This document shows positions 46,609 through 47,883 of a stretch of 47,883 nucleotides of DNA, in pieces; within the stretch, counting starts at the first letter, position 1; the number at the start of each line of letters is the position of its first letter. Source of the DNA: a bacterium (GTDB lineage Bacteria; Zhuqueibacterota; Zhuqueibacteria; Oceanimicrobiales; Oceanimicrobiaceae); assembly GCA_046757525.1 (NCBI GenBank), contig JBHHYI010000010.1, positions 1-47,883 of the forward strand, read 5' to 3'. A program made the translations under genes and the position numbers. The notes under the pieces are model-generated. The model saw only the letters and a program-made list of their open reading frames with translations, made no database searches and was not told the DNA's origin.

Positions 46609-47400
46609 ATGGATTTAGGCTTAGCAGGTAAAGTGGCTTTGGTAGCGGCTTCGAGCAAGGGCCTGGGAAAGGCTGCCGCTTTGGGGCTTGCTAAGGAAGG
46701 GGCAAAGCTGGTCATTTGTGCGCGCAATGAAGAGGTCCTGGAAGCAGCCGAGGAGGACATTCAGGCCAAAACCAACGCGGAAATCCTTGCGGTTCCAACG
46801 GATCTGGCCGATCACGAGGCCATAAAGAGATTGGTCGAGGCTGCGACCAGCCAATTCGGCACCATTCACGTCTTAGTAAACAATGCCGGTGGTCCGCCTC
46901 CCGGATTCTTTGAGGATCTGACGGACGCCCATTGGCAGAAGGGCTTTGAGCTTACGCTCATGTCCTCTGTCCGCTTGACGCGCGAAGTTTTACCCTTGAT
47001 GAAAAAGCAAAAATGGGGCAGGATCATCAACGTGACTTCTCTTTCCGTAAAGCAACCGATCGATGAACTGCTTTTGTCCAACAGCCTGCGGTTGAGTATT
47101 TTGGGGTGGGCCAAGACTCTGGCCGGTCGTGTGGCCGCTGATGGGATTCTGGTCAACAACGTGTGTCCAGGCTGGACCCGAACAGGCAGAGTGCAGGAAA
47201 TCCTGCAGGCACGGGCAGAGGCTGAGAACACTACCCCGGAAGAGGTCGCGCAAGGCATCGTCAACAATATCCCCATGGGACGCATGGCCGAGACGGAGGA
47301 ATTCGCCAATTTGGTGGTTTTTCTGGCCTCGGAGCGTGCCAGCTACATCACGGGCACTTCTATTCAGGTGGATGGCGGCGCGGTTAAAGGGATATTTTAA
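46609..47400 (+). CDS. short-chain dehydrogenase/reductase (3-oxoacyl-ACP reductase-like, SNxxR subtype)
   Basis: MDLGLAGKVALVAASSKGLG, VNNAGGPPPG, LSNSLR, VCPG, ASYITG.SIQVDGG. Confidence 0.92.
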   Translation: MDLGLAGKVALVAASSKGLGKAAALGLAKEGAKLVICARNEEVLEAAEEDIQAKTNAEILAVPTDLADHEAIKRLVEAATSQFGTIHVLVNNAGGPPPGFFEDLTDAHWQKGFELTLMSSVRLTREVLPLMKKQKWGRIINVTSLSVKQPIDELLLSNSLRLSILGWAKTLAGRVAADGILVNNVCPGWTRTGRVQEILQARAEAENTTPEEVAQGIVNNIPMGRMAETEEFANLVVFLASERASYITGTSIQVDGGAVKGIF

Positions 47401-47764
47401 GAACTAAGAAAGCGATTCCTTCCTACAAAATTTTGCGCCTGTCCGGGTTGCACAGCCAATTCTCCTTTTGAAGGGAGACAGATTTTCGCTCGTCCAGAGC
47501 GAAAATCAGAGGGATGTCTGGCCGCAAGAACCATGGCTTGAGTTCTCATAACGCTACCTGACATCCCCCTGGTTTTTTCACTGGACGCTTCAAGAACCGT
47601 CCCCATTCAAGGGATATTCTTTGCAAGTGCTGTATAATCAGATAGTTGTGCAAGAGTCCAAACAAAGGACATCTGAACCGGAGAGCAAGAATCAACGTTG
47701 CGTATTTTTGCAACGGAACTCTCCTCTGGAGCGGAATCATAGTTCTTTGTCTTGAGCACAAAGG

Positions 47765-47875
47765 GAGTCGTCCTGAGTAGTCCCGACCGGCTTTGGGTCG
47801 GGAGGTATCGAAGGGCGACGCCCGTCACCCCTCGATACGGTCACTTGAGAAGCAGTGACCTACTCGGGATGACTC
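47765..47875. repeat. REP-like palindromic element: inverted dimer forming a four-way junction
   Basis: Outer stem GAGTCGTCCTGAGTA/TACTCGGGATGACTC; arms TCCCGACC/GGTCGGGA, GTATCGAAGGGCGACG/CGTCACCCCTCGATAC, GGTCACT/AGTGACC. Confidence 0.75.
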
Positions 47876-47883
47876 GCACAGTG

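Noticed and set aside
47075..47095. SDR lacking YxxxK as a pseudogene sign
   Set aside because: SNxxR is a recognised variant in this SDR subgroup and the ORF is intact
47670..47740. Glycine riboswitch-like words (GGAGAG, GAGCAA, AACTCTC)
   Set aside because: Lacks the CCGAAG and CTCAGG core elements in the right order

Overview
A gene-dense, almost entirely + strand bacterial window. Gene content (Bat/MoxR operon, GWxTD proteins, a GCYTQL lipoprotein next to a FadL-like barrel) suggests an FCB-related lineage such as KSB1/Calditrichota; this is an inference. In order it holds: (1) a type IV pilus operon with a PilM-PilN fusion carrying a long acidic repeat extension, then pilO, pilP, pilQ and pilT, preceded by a sigma28-type promoter; (2) an EEP-family lipoprotein and comF; (3) gap-tpiA-secG-tRNA-Leu(GAG) with no pgk; (4) a TPR protein, an acyl-CoA ligase and a STAS/anti-sigma kinase fusion; (5) a proteostasis cluster (two HtrA/DegP proteases, dnaJ, FmdB zinc ribbon, dnaK) with two sigma54 promoters and shared upstream TGNCA-N3-TGNCA boxes; (6) an expanded moxR-DUF58-batABCDE-tonB operon; (7) a sigma54/IHF-type promoter before a repeat-rich lipoprotein and a FadL-like barrel; (8) two GWxTD-family paralogs; (9) an rmlC-like cupin, an SDR and a terminal four-way-junction palindromic element. 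The best hidden signal is a gene truncated by the ORF track: 44663..46045 reads through an in-frame TGA in a C-G-U motif followed by a SECIS-like hairpin. It encodes a probable exported selenoprotein, with a degenerate UshA-like metallophosphoesterase fold fused to a four-heme cytochrome c domain. All family assignments come from motif recognition by eye; no database searches were run.
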